Shown: positions 12,281-26,624, counted from the whole stretch's first letter. The stretch: DNA of 58,323 bases, filler included, from Sphacelaria rigidula (GCA_964200075.2; 10 parts of 10 records of this genome joined end to end with filler, not necessarily neighbours in it); one strand, 5' to 3'. Numbers and translations: made by a program. The notes: generated from the letters alone by a model not told the origin.

Positions 12281-13582
12281 CTCACAGCATACAAAATTGC
12301 AAACGACGGGGTTTGTACAAGTGCACCATGAAGAAGAATCCCTCCGCAACTGATGAAATCCCGTCTTGACGTGGTTGTACTTCCATATAAAACGTGAACG
12401 ATGTTATCCTAGGCCCATCAACGCACGTTGACATCGACAACAAGTACATGACATGTCACAAAGCGCGGATGCATCTGTTTTCACACGAGCGGGGCCAAGC
12501 ATCACGAGCGGAGAGTACATTGGCATTCTTTTTGTCGAGAAACATTTCGGGGCTTATTGAGATTTCCCGAGCCATCGTAAAAAAAAAAAATCGAGATTGT
12601 GGAAATCCTGTGCTCAGCGGGATATGATGAAACTGTGTACGAAGATCTTCTACGCGAGTGAAGGGAGGTCGTTTTTTCGGAGAAACGACGGACGTACACC
12701 AATTACGGGTGGTGTTCTTCTTGGATGAGCGAAGCCGGGCATGACAGGTGGCCAATACTTTTCAAGTTGTTTTTGGGAAACATTTTGATCATGATGACCG
12801 TCCCCAAGACTCATACTGAAAACTAACGTGATGCACACCTCACGGAATCCCGTGTTTAGATATAAGCTTGCGAGCAATGCGTAACCCACCGTGACGCGAG
12901 CAAGGCCAATTCAGCAAAATTTTGAGGCAGAGCTTGGTGTTACGGTACTGAAAAATGTTCCAAACTGCAAGAGGACCTCTACTCGCGTGACAAATGGCCT
13001 CTAAACATGGGACGTGAGGAGAAAATGTAACGCTGGATCACGGGCCCAAGGGCTACTTTGTCCATATTACGGACTCGTTCCGAGGAAGGAGGCGGTTGAA
13101 ATTCCGACGAACATGGACCACCGTATACATGTATTTTTATTGCCACGGATGCCTGGACATTTGTGCGATTCACGCAGAACGTCAGAGCGCAATCATGATA
13201 TCCACATATCCGTGGAGGAAACTGGTGGTATTATCTATACTGTACGTACCCACGCATAGTCGGCGTAATGAACACACGCGTCCTACAACCAACACCCCTA
13301 TCTACAACAACCGTCCCGTATCACGCCGCACGCCTGGTAATCCTAAAATCTTGCGCGTTTTCGCCGAAACACATGATAGTGAGCGTCCCCAACCACTGGG
13401 GAAAAGCATCCCCATCACATACCTGGGCAACTCACCCCCCCTGTCCCCCCACCACCCCCCGGCAATGGTCTCATGACTATTGCACGCAAGACCATTTTTA
13501 CAAACCCCCCTTCCCCCCTCAGCCGCTTTCGCAAAAACACATGTTCAACCCGCGCCTCCCCCGTTTCGCACGAGATATGCAT

Positions 13583-15153
13583 TCACTGGCGGTCGATGAA
13601 AGCCGGCTCCAAGTCGATGACGTTTCGGTGCGCTTTTGATACCTTCCGCATCTTTTCGATGGCGTCCTTGTTGTCGACCACCCCCCTCTGGTCTAGCGAA
13701 AGGTATGACCGACAATAGTCTCGCGTGCGGCGTGTAAACCGGCGTGTCCGCTCGACCGTGATGGTCGTCGTCGTGCACAGGGACTATACTATGTTGGTGT
13801 GGAGATGGCCCGGCTGCTCGTCGTTGATCTCGCGTCGAAATTTCTGTTTCGATTTGCCCCGGGAATACTCGATCCCCACCCCGGCATCTTCCGGGTGTAA
13901 CTTCGGCGACATCAGCAGGATGTGCCCACGGCTCTCCCCCGCAGTCCGTAGCGCAGATTTCTCCTTCTCAAAGTCTGGCAAATTTCCAAGGATGGTTGCG
14001 GCATTCAGGGTAGCAGATGCTTTGTCTCCCGAAGATATCCCCGGCTGCCACAGACCCCACTCCCACAACACATGCTTAATGCCCTTTGCCGCACCAACGT
14101 AGCCGACGTCTACATCTTCCTCCTTCCCCTCACGCTCATCATCTCCTTCTACTCGGTGCCCACCGCTCTCCGCCCCTGAACCCTGCCCTTGCGACGCCTG
14201 GCGACCTTTTGTCTCCTTCCTCGTGTCACGATCTGGGACTCAGGGGCGCTGCAATCGTAAAACGGAGGCGGATCATCTGTTGCGAAGCAGAACCTGAACA
14301 CTTCATCCACCTCCGGTTTCAAGTTCTTCGTCTCTTTCGTGACGCCCTCCACATCCGTGGTACTTCACTTCTCGCCGTCGAAGTGCATCTTCGCCTTTCC
14401 GTCGCCCAGACACCCTTCGGTAATTCTTGAATCCCGAAGTTTCCTCTGCTTCCCCTCCCACTTCATATTCATGTTCGGTACATGCAGACAGTCCTCTCGG
14501 AACTTGGCGTGCCCAGCCGAGTGGTCGAACTCGAGGACGACCTGTACATCGGGTGAAATCACCCCGAGGCAGTCCAACACGGCTATGACCTGATCCTGGA
14601 AGTTGTCGTGGTCCCAACACCCTTCCCTATTATTTCCAGGTCGGAAGCATTCAACACCTGGGCGTTCATCTAACTGTGCGCGCCTGCGGTCCTTGCGGAA
14701 GGCGTTGACCCGCTCCAGCTCTTGATCAGGTAACGGCAAACCGAACCCACGTTCTTCGTCCTGAAAAGCGGAGATCATCTCCGACGGCCCCTCCGTCTTC
14801 TTCCTCAAATGGCGCACCCCCTCGACCACCCACGTGTTACTCCCCAGCGCGTACACCTTGAAGCAAGATTCGTCTTGGCCGGGGTGATACACTTCCTTCC
14901 CGCACTTGCAACCCGAACCATGATCGTACTGACATGGAGCATCTGCGGCTTCGCCGAAGCGAACAATCATTTCACGACCTGCCGTTCCCAACTGCTTGCG
15001 TAGCTCGTCGTGTCTCTCGTCGGGCCCGTTGCCCAAGAAGTCGACGTGGACCTCGATGTAGCTCGTGCCATTTCTGTCGTGGTGAAACGTATCAGCCCAG
15101 AAAGGCGTCGGGGCCCGTCTCACGCCTGTCCTCAAAGGCGGCCAACTCCTCCG
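13583..15153 (-). pseudogene. IS630/Tc1/mariner-superfamily DDE transposase, catalytic and C-terminal part (frameshifted)
   Basis: Motifs in order: GQDES, KKTEGPSEMISAF, GNNREGCW, LEFDHSAGH, KGIKHVLWEWG, LPDF, RGHILLMSPKLHPEDAGVGIEYSRGKSK, then RRFTRRTRDYCRSY...KAHRN up to a stop at 13583. Spread over several frames. Confidence 0.8.
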
Positions 15154-15843
15154 CCGAGTTGCACGTCGGCGGCCATTTCAATATTGACCGCAGAGGCACG
15201 CACAAGAGTGGTTGAATCTTGGAGGACGGATATCTGTGAGTTTAGCTGTTGACTTGGCTGAAGGCGCAGAAGCGCGTCTCCACATGAAAGGCGTATAGGT
15301 ATATTCACGACCTGCTCTTGGCGAGGGAAGGAACGACGATCTCGCCAAAATGCGGTCTGACTCTCCCGGTTTCGATGTCCACGGTCAACGTGCGGATGCG
15401 CAAGCTCGGGTGCAAGTACGAACGACACACACGATCGTACTACAGCGATGGCCATGAGAGGCCTGACGTTGTTGAAAGCCGCAGGGCCCACGTCGGAGAG
15501 AGGCGGAGACTTCAATGGCGGCAGCGCTGCTGGTATTCCGTGAGGAAGGATTCCCTGGCGCCGGAGGAGTTGGCCGCCTTTGAGGACAGGCGTGAGACGG
15601 GCCCCGACGCCTTTCTGGGCTGATACGTTTCACCACGACAGAAATGGCACGAGCTACATCGAGGTCCACATCGACTTCTTGGGCAACGGGTCCGACGAAA
15701 CACACGACGAGCTACGCACGCAGTTGGGAACGGCGGGTGGTGAAAGAAGTGTTCGCTTCAGCGAAGCCGCAGATGCTCCATGTCAGTACGATCATGATTC
15801 GAGTTGCAAGTGCGGGAAGGACGTGTACCACTCCGGCCAAGAC
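15154..15843 (+). pseudogene. Inverted N-terminal segment of the same transposase
   Basis: Plus strand reads GHFNIDRRGTH...LLTWLKAQK...SMSTVNVRMRKLGCKYERHTRSYYSDGHERPDVVESR through to YHSGQD, with stops and a frameshift. The last 282 bp are the inverted copy of 14872-15153. Confidence 0.75.
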
Positions 15844-17529
15844 TGCCAATAGACGACGTTTTTTTGCTTGAAATATGATCCCATCTCCTTCGCTACACTT
15901 TCCGCTGTTGGCGAGAGGGAATGGCTATGTCAGATGATCTCAGCATCATGGAGCGCTTCTTTCGCAGCTGCATCCGCTGCCTTCTGGGCGGCTGGCGTAT
16001 CAGCGCACTTCTCTCTGGTCTCTACGGCGCGTTTCAGGTGAGCGGCCTGCAGTAGATCTCGGTCCCGTTCCTGAATAATCACGGACTGAACCGCGATAGC
16101 CTGGCGGGTAACCCTTTTTCTGCCGTTTGCCAGAGTACGTAATCATTTCATCCTCCGAACCACATGTTTCCGTCGCGGAGTGCCCCGCGGCATCGGCATC
16201 TGACCCGTCGTCTTCGTCCTTGCACAATAACGACGCCATTTCGCCTAATAACGCACGCCGCAAGCGGTCGACTAGCGCCTTACTTTTCTGCGAGCGAGAC
16301 TCCAGCAATCTCAGCCGTCCCCGAACGTATCTCCTGCTCTTTGAAAACCTTCTGTCTACTGTCACCTGGATTCTGTTCCGGCCAGCAGTCAGGGAAGCTT
16401 TTCCCGCTCCATCAACACCTTCTGACATCATCCATTGCCCACGTGTCACGTGGTCATCCTCTCTGCGTCTTTCGCCGTATTTCGCTTCGTCTGTAGCATC
16501 GAGTCTACCGGCGCTGTTCTTTGACTTTCCTGTTGCGAAGGGTCGAGAGGGGAGACTACGGTCAATACATATGCTTGTTGTGCATCTGAGGCTCACCACT
16601 CTCAACCGGCGCCCGAAGGTACTGCGAGTACTACGAATGGGCGAGAAGGAAATGTGGAACTCGAAATGAGGAGAGGTCGCCGCTGCGCCGCAGTATTGTG
16701 TATTACGGTGCGCAACATGCGGAGCTTGAAGCGCCCCGACATGACTTGCACAGGAGCAAACGGGTAGGGGCGGCGCAGCGAAAAAGGGGGGAATACTCAT
16801 AACTCTTGTCTGTACTGTCGGTGCCATGTCCACCGGAGCAGGTAGTCGATCGCGAAACAGCACCGCCAAGAGTGAAACCTTCACGCAGTCGCAGTGCATC
16901 CATGGCAAGCCGACAGCTGTGGACATGGGCGTAATGCCACAGTAGAGGTTCCAAAATATATTTATGGCGTTTTAACTTGTAGGGGCCCTTCATCTCATCG
17001 CAAAATGTGCCTCATAACAAACGTGAGCTAACCCCACGATTAGAACTCCAATGGGCGAGTGATACTGTAGTGCAGTGCATCGGACCGCATAAGTTGGGCG
17101 GAGAAGTGGATTGGAAACTTTGCGTACGTTGCGGCGAGCACAGAATATCAGAGGGGTGATCCTACGGGAGGGGCGGGGGGTGATTGCTGTAAAAACAGGG
17201 GCTCCCACTTGTGTCAAACGACGTCAGAAACTCGCGATGCGATGTTTTGGGTGCAACCCGTGTCAAGCGGTCGCAACAAGTGCGTCTCGTTCTACCCAAG
17301 TGCGTTCAAGACAAGTTCCTGCCTCTAAAGAACGCATCGAGTTCCATTTTCGTGCAACAAATCACCCTAAATGCCCCCCCCCCCCCGCCCCCCCTCTCCC
17401 CAATGCCTAGGGTGAGTCGGAATGCACTGNNNNNNNNNNNNNNNNNNNNNNNNNNNNNNNNNNNNNNNNNNNNTTAATTAATTAANNNNNNNNNNNNNNN
17501 NNNNNNNNNNNNNNNNNNNNNNNNNNNNN

Positions 17530-17587
17530 CCCAACTCAACCATCAGAAGGTTACGAGGTTACCAACTGAGCCACCGGGGCGACCGGT
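17530..17587 (-). mobile_element. tRNA-derived SINE head, truncated by the contig end
   Basis: Minus strand GGTCGCCCCGGTGGCTCAGTTGGTAACCTCG... is homologous to the head at 22695. Confidence 0.7.
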
Positions 17588-18606
17588 CGTTCTGGACTTG
17601 TATATTTCTGCTAGTTGACGAAGCCACGACCAGAAAAATGAAGATTCGGTTCATCCCGCGGCTGAGAGTTTTCATCCCAGCCGCTTCTCGACTGGTTCGG
17701 CGAAGTATCCCCCGAGACACACCAGCCGATACGTGGATTAGGATTCGCGTCTGCGGGTTCTCACTTCAAGTCAAATGCCGGACATTCAGGATGGCGCAAA
17801 GGTTGTCAAACAGCACAACAGTGCAGACGCTGTGCAACAGTTAGTGCAGACGGTAGACACAGCTGCAGCAGATAGCCGTAGAGTCGGTACATGCATACGC
17901 GCACAAGCGGCAGGAACATGCTGTACAGTACATACAGAACAGCAGCCAAGACAGAGGCCATTGAAAGCCCGGGAATAGGGCAGTACAAACAGTTCATAGC
18001 TGTAGAAAATGGACATAAACAGCGGCCGCTGCCCTTGTTCCTCAATCGATAATGGCAAATATAATGCGGGCGGGCGAGCGGCATGTCCTCATGTTGGCAT
18101 AAAACTCGCCAAACTGTGGTTCAGAGTCATGAGAAAACGGTTTGGGGAACTGTTTTCGTCGAAAATATTGTCGGGAAAAGGTCACCACTCGAGATTTTCC
18201 CCATAGTCTCTCTTCCGGACCGAAGAATTCCTGATGCTCAGGGCGTGTCTTCTCAGCACATTAGTTTTCGATCGAAAACGTGCGGCGGAAAAGGAAAACT
18301 CCGATCTGATCGATCGTAATTCCAACCATCGTCGGGTATTTGAAGAAAGTTGAACCCACGACCTATCAGATCGGATTCTGTTTTCCACCGCTATTTTTCG
18401 ATTGAAAAATGATGTGGTAAGACACGGCCTCAGAAAAGATGGGAGACTCCGGCAGAATAACAAGGCCTCTGGGTACAGGCAGCTCACACACTGAACCCAC
18501 TCACGATACGTCCGTCCCGTGTATTCTCTCGTTAGACGACTTTCTCAACAACTGCCATGCAATATTTCTAGACGAGACTTTTGTGCGCTTCTTAGAACGA
18601 CCCTAT

Positions 18607-18642
<36 letters not shown>

Positions 18643-20019
18643 TGGTTGTTGGTGTTTGGGCCGCTTTCCGAACCCCCCGGAGTGGTTTGTGTGGGGGTGG
18701 GGGGGGGTGGGGGGGCGGTGGGCGTGGTGGGGGGGGGGGGGGGGGGTAGGGGGGGGGGGAGTTTTTAGTCCTGTGATCTGCGTCCCATTCACGACGCCCT
18801 GAAGCTTCAGTGTTTCGTTACACAGCCAGGCGGGCACATTAGCCATGGCAGACGTTCGATAACATGATGATGTCACCGCTCAAAGAACGAAAGCTCTCCG
18901 GATTAGTGTTGATATATATTCCAAACGGAAGAGATCTCCAAGTTGACTTCAGCGTTGTGACGCACAGTACGGGCTTGGCCGGCCAACATCTCGACTAAAA
19001 CACTCCAATAGCCATACGCGGCGCAATTCTTCGTACTTGGGGGTGAAAGTGACAGCAGGCAGACAACACATGAGCTTACCCTCTACTTGGAATCAGATTT
19101 TCATTTTTACTATTCTGACCCCACCTCCGTACGCTGCAAGTTTTTCGGTTTGTCTTCAGCCCCCTTGACCACCCGCGTAACTCATCTGCTGAAAAACGGC
19201 ATCACCATCACTTGAGTGAATTTTACTACATGGCCCAGACGACCTACCCCCGCACGTCAAGGGTTCAAGGTAGTAGTAACAGAGGAAAAGATAAAACGAA
19301 ATCTGACTCTAAGTCAAGGATACACTCACGTAGGTATTCTCTTATCTGGTGTCAAGATTTCACCCCGAAGTTCGAAAAAATTGCTTCGCACATGGATATT
19401 CTCGCGGCAGCAGTGCTTGGAGGTTATTGGCAACGAGAAAACTACCTGTGCGATGCCACCGCGTAGTTGTGATTGTGTAATGCAGCATCAACAGCCATCT
19501 GTTCTTCCCCTTATCGATTTGGGTATGATGGGGACGGAGGTCCTCTTCCAATCCTGATCACTCGGCGGGCTCGACGCATATTCCAATACATGTGCAGGGT
19601 GGGCGGTTGATGTAAGCGATGGGCCGTAGCAGAATGCCAAGCCCAGAATAAAAGGTTCTGCCGAATTTCGAAGAAAATAGTCAATAGCTCCGCCTCATTT
19701 TTCGTCAGTTTCCCCCCTATACTTGATCCAAGACGTTTTTTTCCGTGGTTCTGTTTACTGCTCGTTGTTCATCTTCGTGTGTTGTGTTTGTTTATTCTTG
19801 TTTCATTCTCTGTACAGTTTTCCATGCTGTTTTCGTTTTATTTTTGTATATATTCTCGTTCATCTTCTGTTCGTAAATCATTCTTGTTCTTTGTTTTTCT
19901 CCGTATTTTTGTCTCTTGTTTCTTGCTTTTCTCGATCAACTCCTCTTTTGCTTTGTCCGATTTCTTCCTTGTTTTCAGACTCTTCTTTTTTGCATTTTGA
20001 CGAGCGTTTTGCGAGTTGT

Positions 20020-20130
20020 TTGCGGGTACGTCTATTTTGTGGATGGTGCTTGGATGATGACCAATTACGGCTGGATCCCTCGGAGATCAGTTCATGTGCG
20101 ACAAATCAATCAAATCAATCAAATCAATCA
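20020..20130 (+). mobile_element. 3' end of a non-LTR retroelement with an (AATC)n tail
   Basis: CGGCTGGATCCCTCGGAGATCAGTTCATGTGCGAC followed by AATC repeats; the same end occurs at ~42033-42080. Confidence 0.6.
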
Positions 20131-20827
20131 TTCACCAGGCCTTTTTTTCCCTCTTCTATCTCATAACGCCCTCCAGTACGTCGTCACTTGTCGGGGCACG
20201 CGCATGACCCTCTTTCGATCACAAAATGCGTTGACTTTCTCGAGATATGTTTGGTGAAAGGAATATCAATTTCTAGGCCGGACCAGCTCGCAGTTCACGA
20301 GGGGTGGGTTAACCGGCGTGGAGCTATACTCTGTCCAGGGTTGACACACTTTACAACTATCGCCAATGTAACCCTAACCCCAACCCACGGCAACCCGAGA
20401 ACCCTCGGGCAAGGGACGTGCATGGGGCTCCCAAAGCAAAGTGCGGCGCTTGGTAGACTTCAAATCGGCGCCTGCCGATTTAGACGACTGAGCACGCGAG
20501 GAGCACACGGGACTACCAAGCCCCACTAAACACCAAATTCTTGTTGTTCATACTCAAGTCAAGTAATATCAACTGTGCGTAGATTGTAGACCGACAACGG
20601 TTCACTGAACTGGTTCACGAGGCGATAAGGTCGTGTCTTCTCCAACTGTCTTCGACTCGAAAACGTACGGTGGAATCGAATTTTACTCGTACCAGCTACG
20701 TGCACGGCATTAATGTTCTCAACCATCTGAGAAAATAATAAGCGTGGACAAATCACGGAAGAGCGAAATCGATTCGACCGCACGTTTTCGACACGAAAAC
20801 ATTTCAAGAAAACACGCCCTGAGACCG

Positions 20828-21293
20828 ACTCTTATGGGAACCGTTCGAAAATTCTGGTCAAAATTGCTCTTTTGGCCCTTCTCCGTCGTTTCACGCCTGA
20901 AAAGAGGGCTAGGCGGGCGTATGTCGACACCTTGGAATGACTTGCTCTACTCATTGAGGCCGTTCCAGGGCAACTTCGCATTTCCCGCTGACCGCACTTT
21001 TATTTTTGGCCAAACACGGATTATCAACAAAAGACGATCAAGCGATAAAAAAACAGGGGGAAAATTGGATCACCTAACCGTTTTTTACTGAAAATCCGTG
21101 TTTGGCCTCATTTGGCCAATAACGAAAGTGCGGACAGAGGGAAATGCAGAGTTGCCCTAGAACCGTGTCAACGAGTAGAGCAAGTCATTCCGACGTGTCA
21201 AGATCCGCCTACCCCTCTTTACATGCGTAGAACGACGAAGAAGGGCCAAAAATGCAGTTTTCGACAGGAATTTTGAATGGCTCTCATTAGAGT
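20828..21293. mobile_element. Foldback/MITE with ~200-bp imperfect inverted arms
   Basis: GGAATGACTTGCTCTACTC versus GAGTAGAGCAAGTCATTCC, and GGCCAAACACGGATT versus AATCCGTGTTTGGCC; ends ACTCTTATGGGAACC / GGCTCTCATTAGAGT. Confidence 0.8.
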
Positions 21294-22310
21294 TGGCATG
21301 AGACGCCCAAATCGCCGAGAAATCGAAGCAATAATCCCAGGCTTTCATGAATCCGAGTAATCTGGCCAGACTGATCCTTCCATGATGTTGTTGCTTTTGA
21401 GTGGGACCTGACTGCAGACGGTCCGGGTCATCCGATAATGTCCTTTTTCTTGACCGAGACCTGTTTAGCGTAACAGTCGCTTCAACGTAGTGTCGAGCTC
21501 CGTACTACCCCTCACCTCTCGATGTATGCAGTCCTTCGTGAAAAGGAAATGCATGGCACACCACTGCGGGTGAATCCCACCCCCCCCCCACACCCCCCAA
21601 AAAACAAAGACGCAGCACAAACGGCGCACATCTTTAATCNNNNNNNNNNCTTTGTGGCGGTCCTTGGGGAAAAAAAACCGGCTTGCCCCCCCCGCGGGGT
21701 AAACCCCCCCCCCCCCCCCCCCCCCCGTAAAAAAAAAAAGGCATACGACAAGCCGCGCTAACTTTCAACATCAAGAATCTTGTGTCAAAACAAGAGCTGA
21801 TAGAAAGCAAAACGCCTCTTTTGCCACAACAGTCTCGTGAGAACCCACGGGGACTGCTGTGAGCGCCAGTTAGCTAATTTTTTTGTGATCTGTTTCTCAC
21901 GACACCACCATGGAGACGTTGACGGGGCCGGCAGCCGACAAAGTAAACCCTGGTTGATCATGTTCTGCGATGTGGGTGCGTGATCACTATCTAGGAGAGA
22001 GGAACACACACACATAATGAAGAGTTTGTACATACTTTCAACAACCAGTCGTGATCAAGTCGAATTCAACCAGTCGTGATCAAGTCAACACGCCCTCGAC
22101 ATGCTCTCCTGGAAGGAAATCCCGAGACACTGTCATACACAGCTCTTCTGGTCGCGGAGGCTCTGCTCGCTCTACTCTGTGATCGCGGGTTTGAGAGATA
22201 GCGCTGAATTAACGGAAAGAATAAAAATGATCATGATAATCGAGGAAGGAATATGGCCGTATCACGAACAGTGAATGCGTCGACAATTCGGAGGATATGC
22301 AGAGCCCGTA

Positions 22311-22313
<3 letters not shown>

Positions 22314-22360
<47 letters not shown>

Positions 22361-22695
22361 GTCGTCCCATCTACTCTGGACGCCGGTCTACACCTTCAGG
22401 TATATGCGGGCGCACCAGCCGGGGACAGGAGGTAGGCCAACACAGGAGTCTTTTCTTCCTGTTTTAGTTCTCCACCTTCCTTCGGCGGTGCTCGCCTCTT
22501 TTTTTTATCGCGAGAGGGGTACAGTGGTCCCCTTCCCTCGTCGACCATTAAGTCGAATTTTGTGTACCTCACGACCTAGTCGCTCTTCACTGTTGGGCAT
22601 TATGTGATAAAAAATCCCAGATCGCTCCGAGACTCGAACCCACGACCCAATCGTCAAAAGGTTTTGAGCTTTCCAACTGAGCCATCGGAGCGACC
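22314..22695 (-). mobile_element. Near full-length tRNA-derived SINE with a (CA)n tail
   Basis: Minus strand: A-box TGGCTCAGTTGG, B-box-like GGTTCGAGTCT, a ~270-bp body, then (CA)n, seen as (TG)n at 22314-22358. Other copies at 17530-17587, 29214-29358 and ~29575-29665. Confidence 0.8.
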
Positions 22696-23371
22696 AGCTT
22701 TGATCATATGACAACCAGAAAAATCACGAAGTTGATCAAAACTGGGATTGTATTCCCCTACGGATTACCTGATATCACCGACCTCGCAGCGAGGCCGTAT
22801 TTCACCATGGAGATCTCCGAAAAAAACTCGGCAACACACACACCGGAATACACACCCTTGACAACGAATTACATTTGTCAAAAACTGTGTGATGAGTACA
22901 ACAGTGAAAATGAAATCTATCGTCTATTGTAATACACCGCAATAGTCGATGCTGTACGCAGTACACTTTCCGACAACGTTATAGTTTGTCATTATCCAGA
23001 TTGTGCAAAATAACACATGTATATATATACATTGTGAGAAAGAATTCGCCAGTCCGACCGAGCTCACACGAGATGTGCGAGAATAAGAAGTACAAGTGCG
23101 CCGGGATCGTCTCGGGGAGTATTGATGGCCTTTCCAACATGACACGATCTGCCACGTCCCTCCAAACTATTAGGAGTAGGAACGGTGATCCGTCTCGAAA
23201 GGGATGCGTTGTCAATGCTCAAACGACCAAGGCCAGCAACAAATGCGAACGCCCCTCCAAGCCTTAACCCCNNNNNNNNNNNNNNNNNNNNNNNNNNNNN
23301 NNNNNNNNNNNNNNNTTAATTAATTAANNNNNNNNNNNNNNNNNNNNNNNNNNNNNNNNNNNNNNNNNNNN

Positions 23372-24730
23372 AAGCCGCACTGCTCTTCAATTAGAATTGC
23401 ATTGCCCTCGCGGTAGGTACTTAGGCGGCGGGCGATTATCTTGAGGAGCACCTTGCCGGCGTGTGACACGAGTGAAATTCCCCTGTAGTTTCCGCATTCC
23501 GTCCGATCGCCTTTTTGTGGAGCACGATGATGGTGGCATCCTTCCATTCTTGTGGTACGGCTGCTCCGCCCCAGATGTCAACGATGGTAGCGTGGAATCT
23601 CTGTAGTCGGCTAGTAGTGTCGTCACCGTCGAGGAGTATCTTCAGCAGTTCAGCCGGCAGTTCATCTGGGCCAACGGCTTTTCTGTTGGACATAGACCGC
23701 ATGGCATCCGCTATCTCGTCTATTGTAGGCACCTCGTCTAGCGATGTCTTCAGAAGTCGCGCCTGGAGTTGGTCGATGATTGCTGGGTTGAGGCGGGGCG
23801 ACTTGGTGCTGAGGAGGGTGTGAAACCACTGTACCCACCGCGGGTGGATGAGCTCAACGTCTCTGAGCAGTTGACCCTTGTCGTCGCGGATATATTGCTG
23901 CTGTGAGCTACATGGTTCTCTCCCTTCGACATCGATTCCCTTCAGGTGCCGGTAGAAACCGCGTGTGTCACCTCTCGCGATGTGCGCTTCAAGTCGGCTG
24001 ACGTACGTATCGAAGAATCTCTCCACCGCATGTGCTCTAACACGACGGAGTTCCTTGTTGGCCTTCTTCAAAACTCTCTTGAGGTTGGTGTCAGTGGGCG
24101 TTGACATCGATGCCCTCCGTGCTTCTTCCCTCGCCATCCATGCAGCGTGTGTCTTTGCCTTGGTCTCGGCACTCGCTCACCAGCCGTGGGAACCTCGTTG
24201 GTTTCTCTCGTGGGGCGCGGTGTCTACTGCGGCGGATATCAGCATCTTGGTGAGGCCTGCAGCCATGTCAGCGGCGGTAGCATCTATGCGCAAGGGGTCG
24301 AGAGGGAAGGCCGTTTGCAACGTCATTACTCTCAACGGCGGGTCAGCCATCAGCCTTTCAAGGTCGGCCGTTCTGCGTCTGGATGCATATTTCCGTAACT
24401 CGCGATTAGGCGCAAAGCGACCACGGAGCCGGACCTTTGCAGATACGAGGTTATGGTCAGACTCGCGTTTGCCGGGTGGTGGGCGGCGGACGGAAATGTT
24501 GCGTACGAGGTTTTGGTCCGTCTGTCTTGTGAGGGTGTAGTCAAGGCGATAGCGTCCCTTCCCGGCGTTGGGGCTCTGGAAAGTGTACGATATGCCCGGC
24601 TTGGGTGTTCTGAAGAACGTATTTAGCACAGCAAGGCGTTGTTCCTCTGCAAACGCCAGTAGCCTTCCACCGTTATTGTTTAGTACATCCCGCCCGTATT
24701 CGCCAAGTACCTTGCCATACGGACTGATCG
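23372..24730 (-). mobile_element. LINE (RTE-like) ORF fragment: AP-endonuclease C-terminus to RT N-terminus, degenerate
   Basis: NNNGGRLLAF, LNTFF, RLDYTL and SDHNLV (endonuclease); [45 protein letters not shown] and EEQCG (RT). In-frame stop at 24177 and a frameshift near 23510. Runs off the contig. Confidence 0.92.
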
Positions 24731-26624
24731 ACAACCTTGTCGATCGACCGGTGATTATACTGTTTTTCTTTTTGCAGTCGATGTCGTTTGCCTGCTGTTT
24801 TGGAACGGACACGAACGAGACCACTACCGAAAACAGAGCTTACTACTGCCCACCCTTGCCATAGGCAAGAACACGCGGAGGCACGGACTGAAGGCGGAAA
24901 TGCTGGCAGGCGTTCGCTATGGAGGTAGAATGTGATGGTGTAGCATATACATGGACACAGCTCGGTGCGATATCAGGTGCGCAACGGTGTTCAAGAGTGA
25001 GACACTGTAAACGATGATGAGACGCTGTTTCTTGAAAACCGATGGAAGAACAAAAGCACGTGACGTGAGTGTCTTGTATGCAGCACGTGCTGTGAAGCGC
25101 TGTAGCTATTACCCTTCTGTGGTGAGTAGAGGTTGTGAAGAAGGTTTGGTGTCAGCTGAGATTGCCTGAGGTGCTGTACTGTTGATGTAATCTCTGTGAA
25201 GAATATACAGTACCGTACCATTCTCGACGCATCATGGTCGACAGAGACAGTAGTGGAGTATTATTGATGGACTGTTTCGTCTTCTCCTGAAACGGACAAA
25301 GTGCTCCCCAGACACCTAATTTGTGCTACCGAGCGCATGTGAAGACACATAACCAGCGTTGATATACACCGCTCGACCGCCTGGGTGAGACCTCGAGCTC
25401 CGATGAAAAAATCAACCCACAGCATATAGGGCGGTTATAGCGCACCGCCAGGGTGTATTGTACCGTACCTACATCACAGTGCATCTCCGACTGCGCGTGA
25501 GAACGTACACTCTCGTGACAAAACAGGCCGTGCTTGCCGGCGGTGTCTGCTGGAGCAGCTTAGCACGGGGCTTGGCAAGCGCATGAGGGCTTTTTAATGC
25601 CGGATCCTGCGGGGATGGAGGTATATTACGCGCAACTCCGCTGCGCTGCATGTATCATCGTGACGGACGGTACTGTGTGAGACGCGAGCTGCACACGCAG
25701 TAGTATACGACAGGCCAGATGCTGCATGCTACAGTGCAGTGTTGTATTACCTCTGCCCCCGCTGCTTCCCTTCTGCACTATCGGTATCACGAACGGTGAG
25801 ATCAGACGATACCTTTGGAAAGCATTGAACCCGCGACACTATTAATAGTGTGGGTCATCTCCAGGCCAATTTATGCCAATCCGCAACAGATGGATCTCCC
25901 TGAAGGTGGTCCTTGTAAATACATACTGTACTGTGTGGACGAAACCGAACAAGGCACGGTACGGTACAGGATAATGCAGCACGATGTAGGACAGTACAGT
26001 TCAGTACAGGGCTGGCTTGTCTCTCTCCCCCGCTGCGTTCCCCCACGTCGTTCCCATCATCTGCATAACGAAGAAACAGAAGGATACCAGGCAGTGACGG
26101 CGATGCTGTCTTTCCCAGTAGACACCACACTTTGTACCGCGGGTATTTAGAGCGACGGGGTAATCCAGCATCGCTCCGCTGTCTACCTCAAGACAGCGAG
26201 CGTCGCCTCGGAACAGTTTCACAGGCTGACAGTCGGGAAACGTGGAGGGGTTTCCAGTGGCTGGGTGTAACCATGGCAATGCATGCCATAGTGATAAGAC
26301 CATTGACCTCGCATCTCTTCAAAGCCGGGACGGAGCACGCCGGGTTCTCGCCGGACCAGGCTCGCACTCAATCACCAAGCGCGAAGCGCCGTGGTGTGTT
26401 CGGCGAGTGGCATGAAGGATGAGCGGCATCGTATTAATACTAGATTGTTCGACCCGAAGCGTACTGATTATCTTGCATTGGGATGACAGCCTTCAATTTC
26501 TGAATTTTACTGCTATCGCCACTTCCAGAGACAGCGACGGCTTTTACACTGTCTCGTGGGTGTCTCACCATTTAAACAGTACGTACAAACAGTAGAACGA
26601 TCATCTCTTTTGCGCGGTATTGAG

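Noticed and set aside
16000..16926. 308-aa ORF as an independent gene
   Set aside because: No recognisable domain. It lies directly upstream of the transposase fragments on the same strand and is probably part of that element; not supported as a separate feature.
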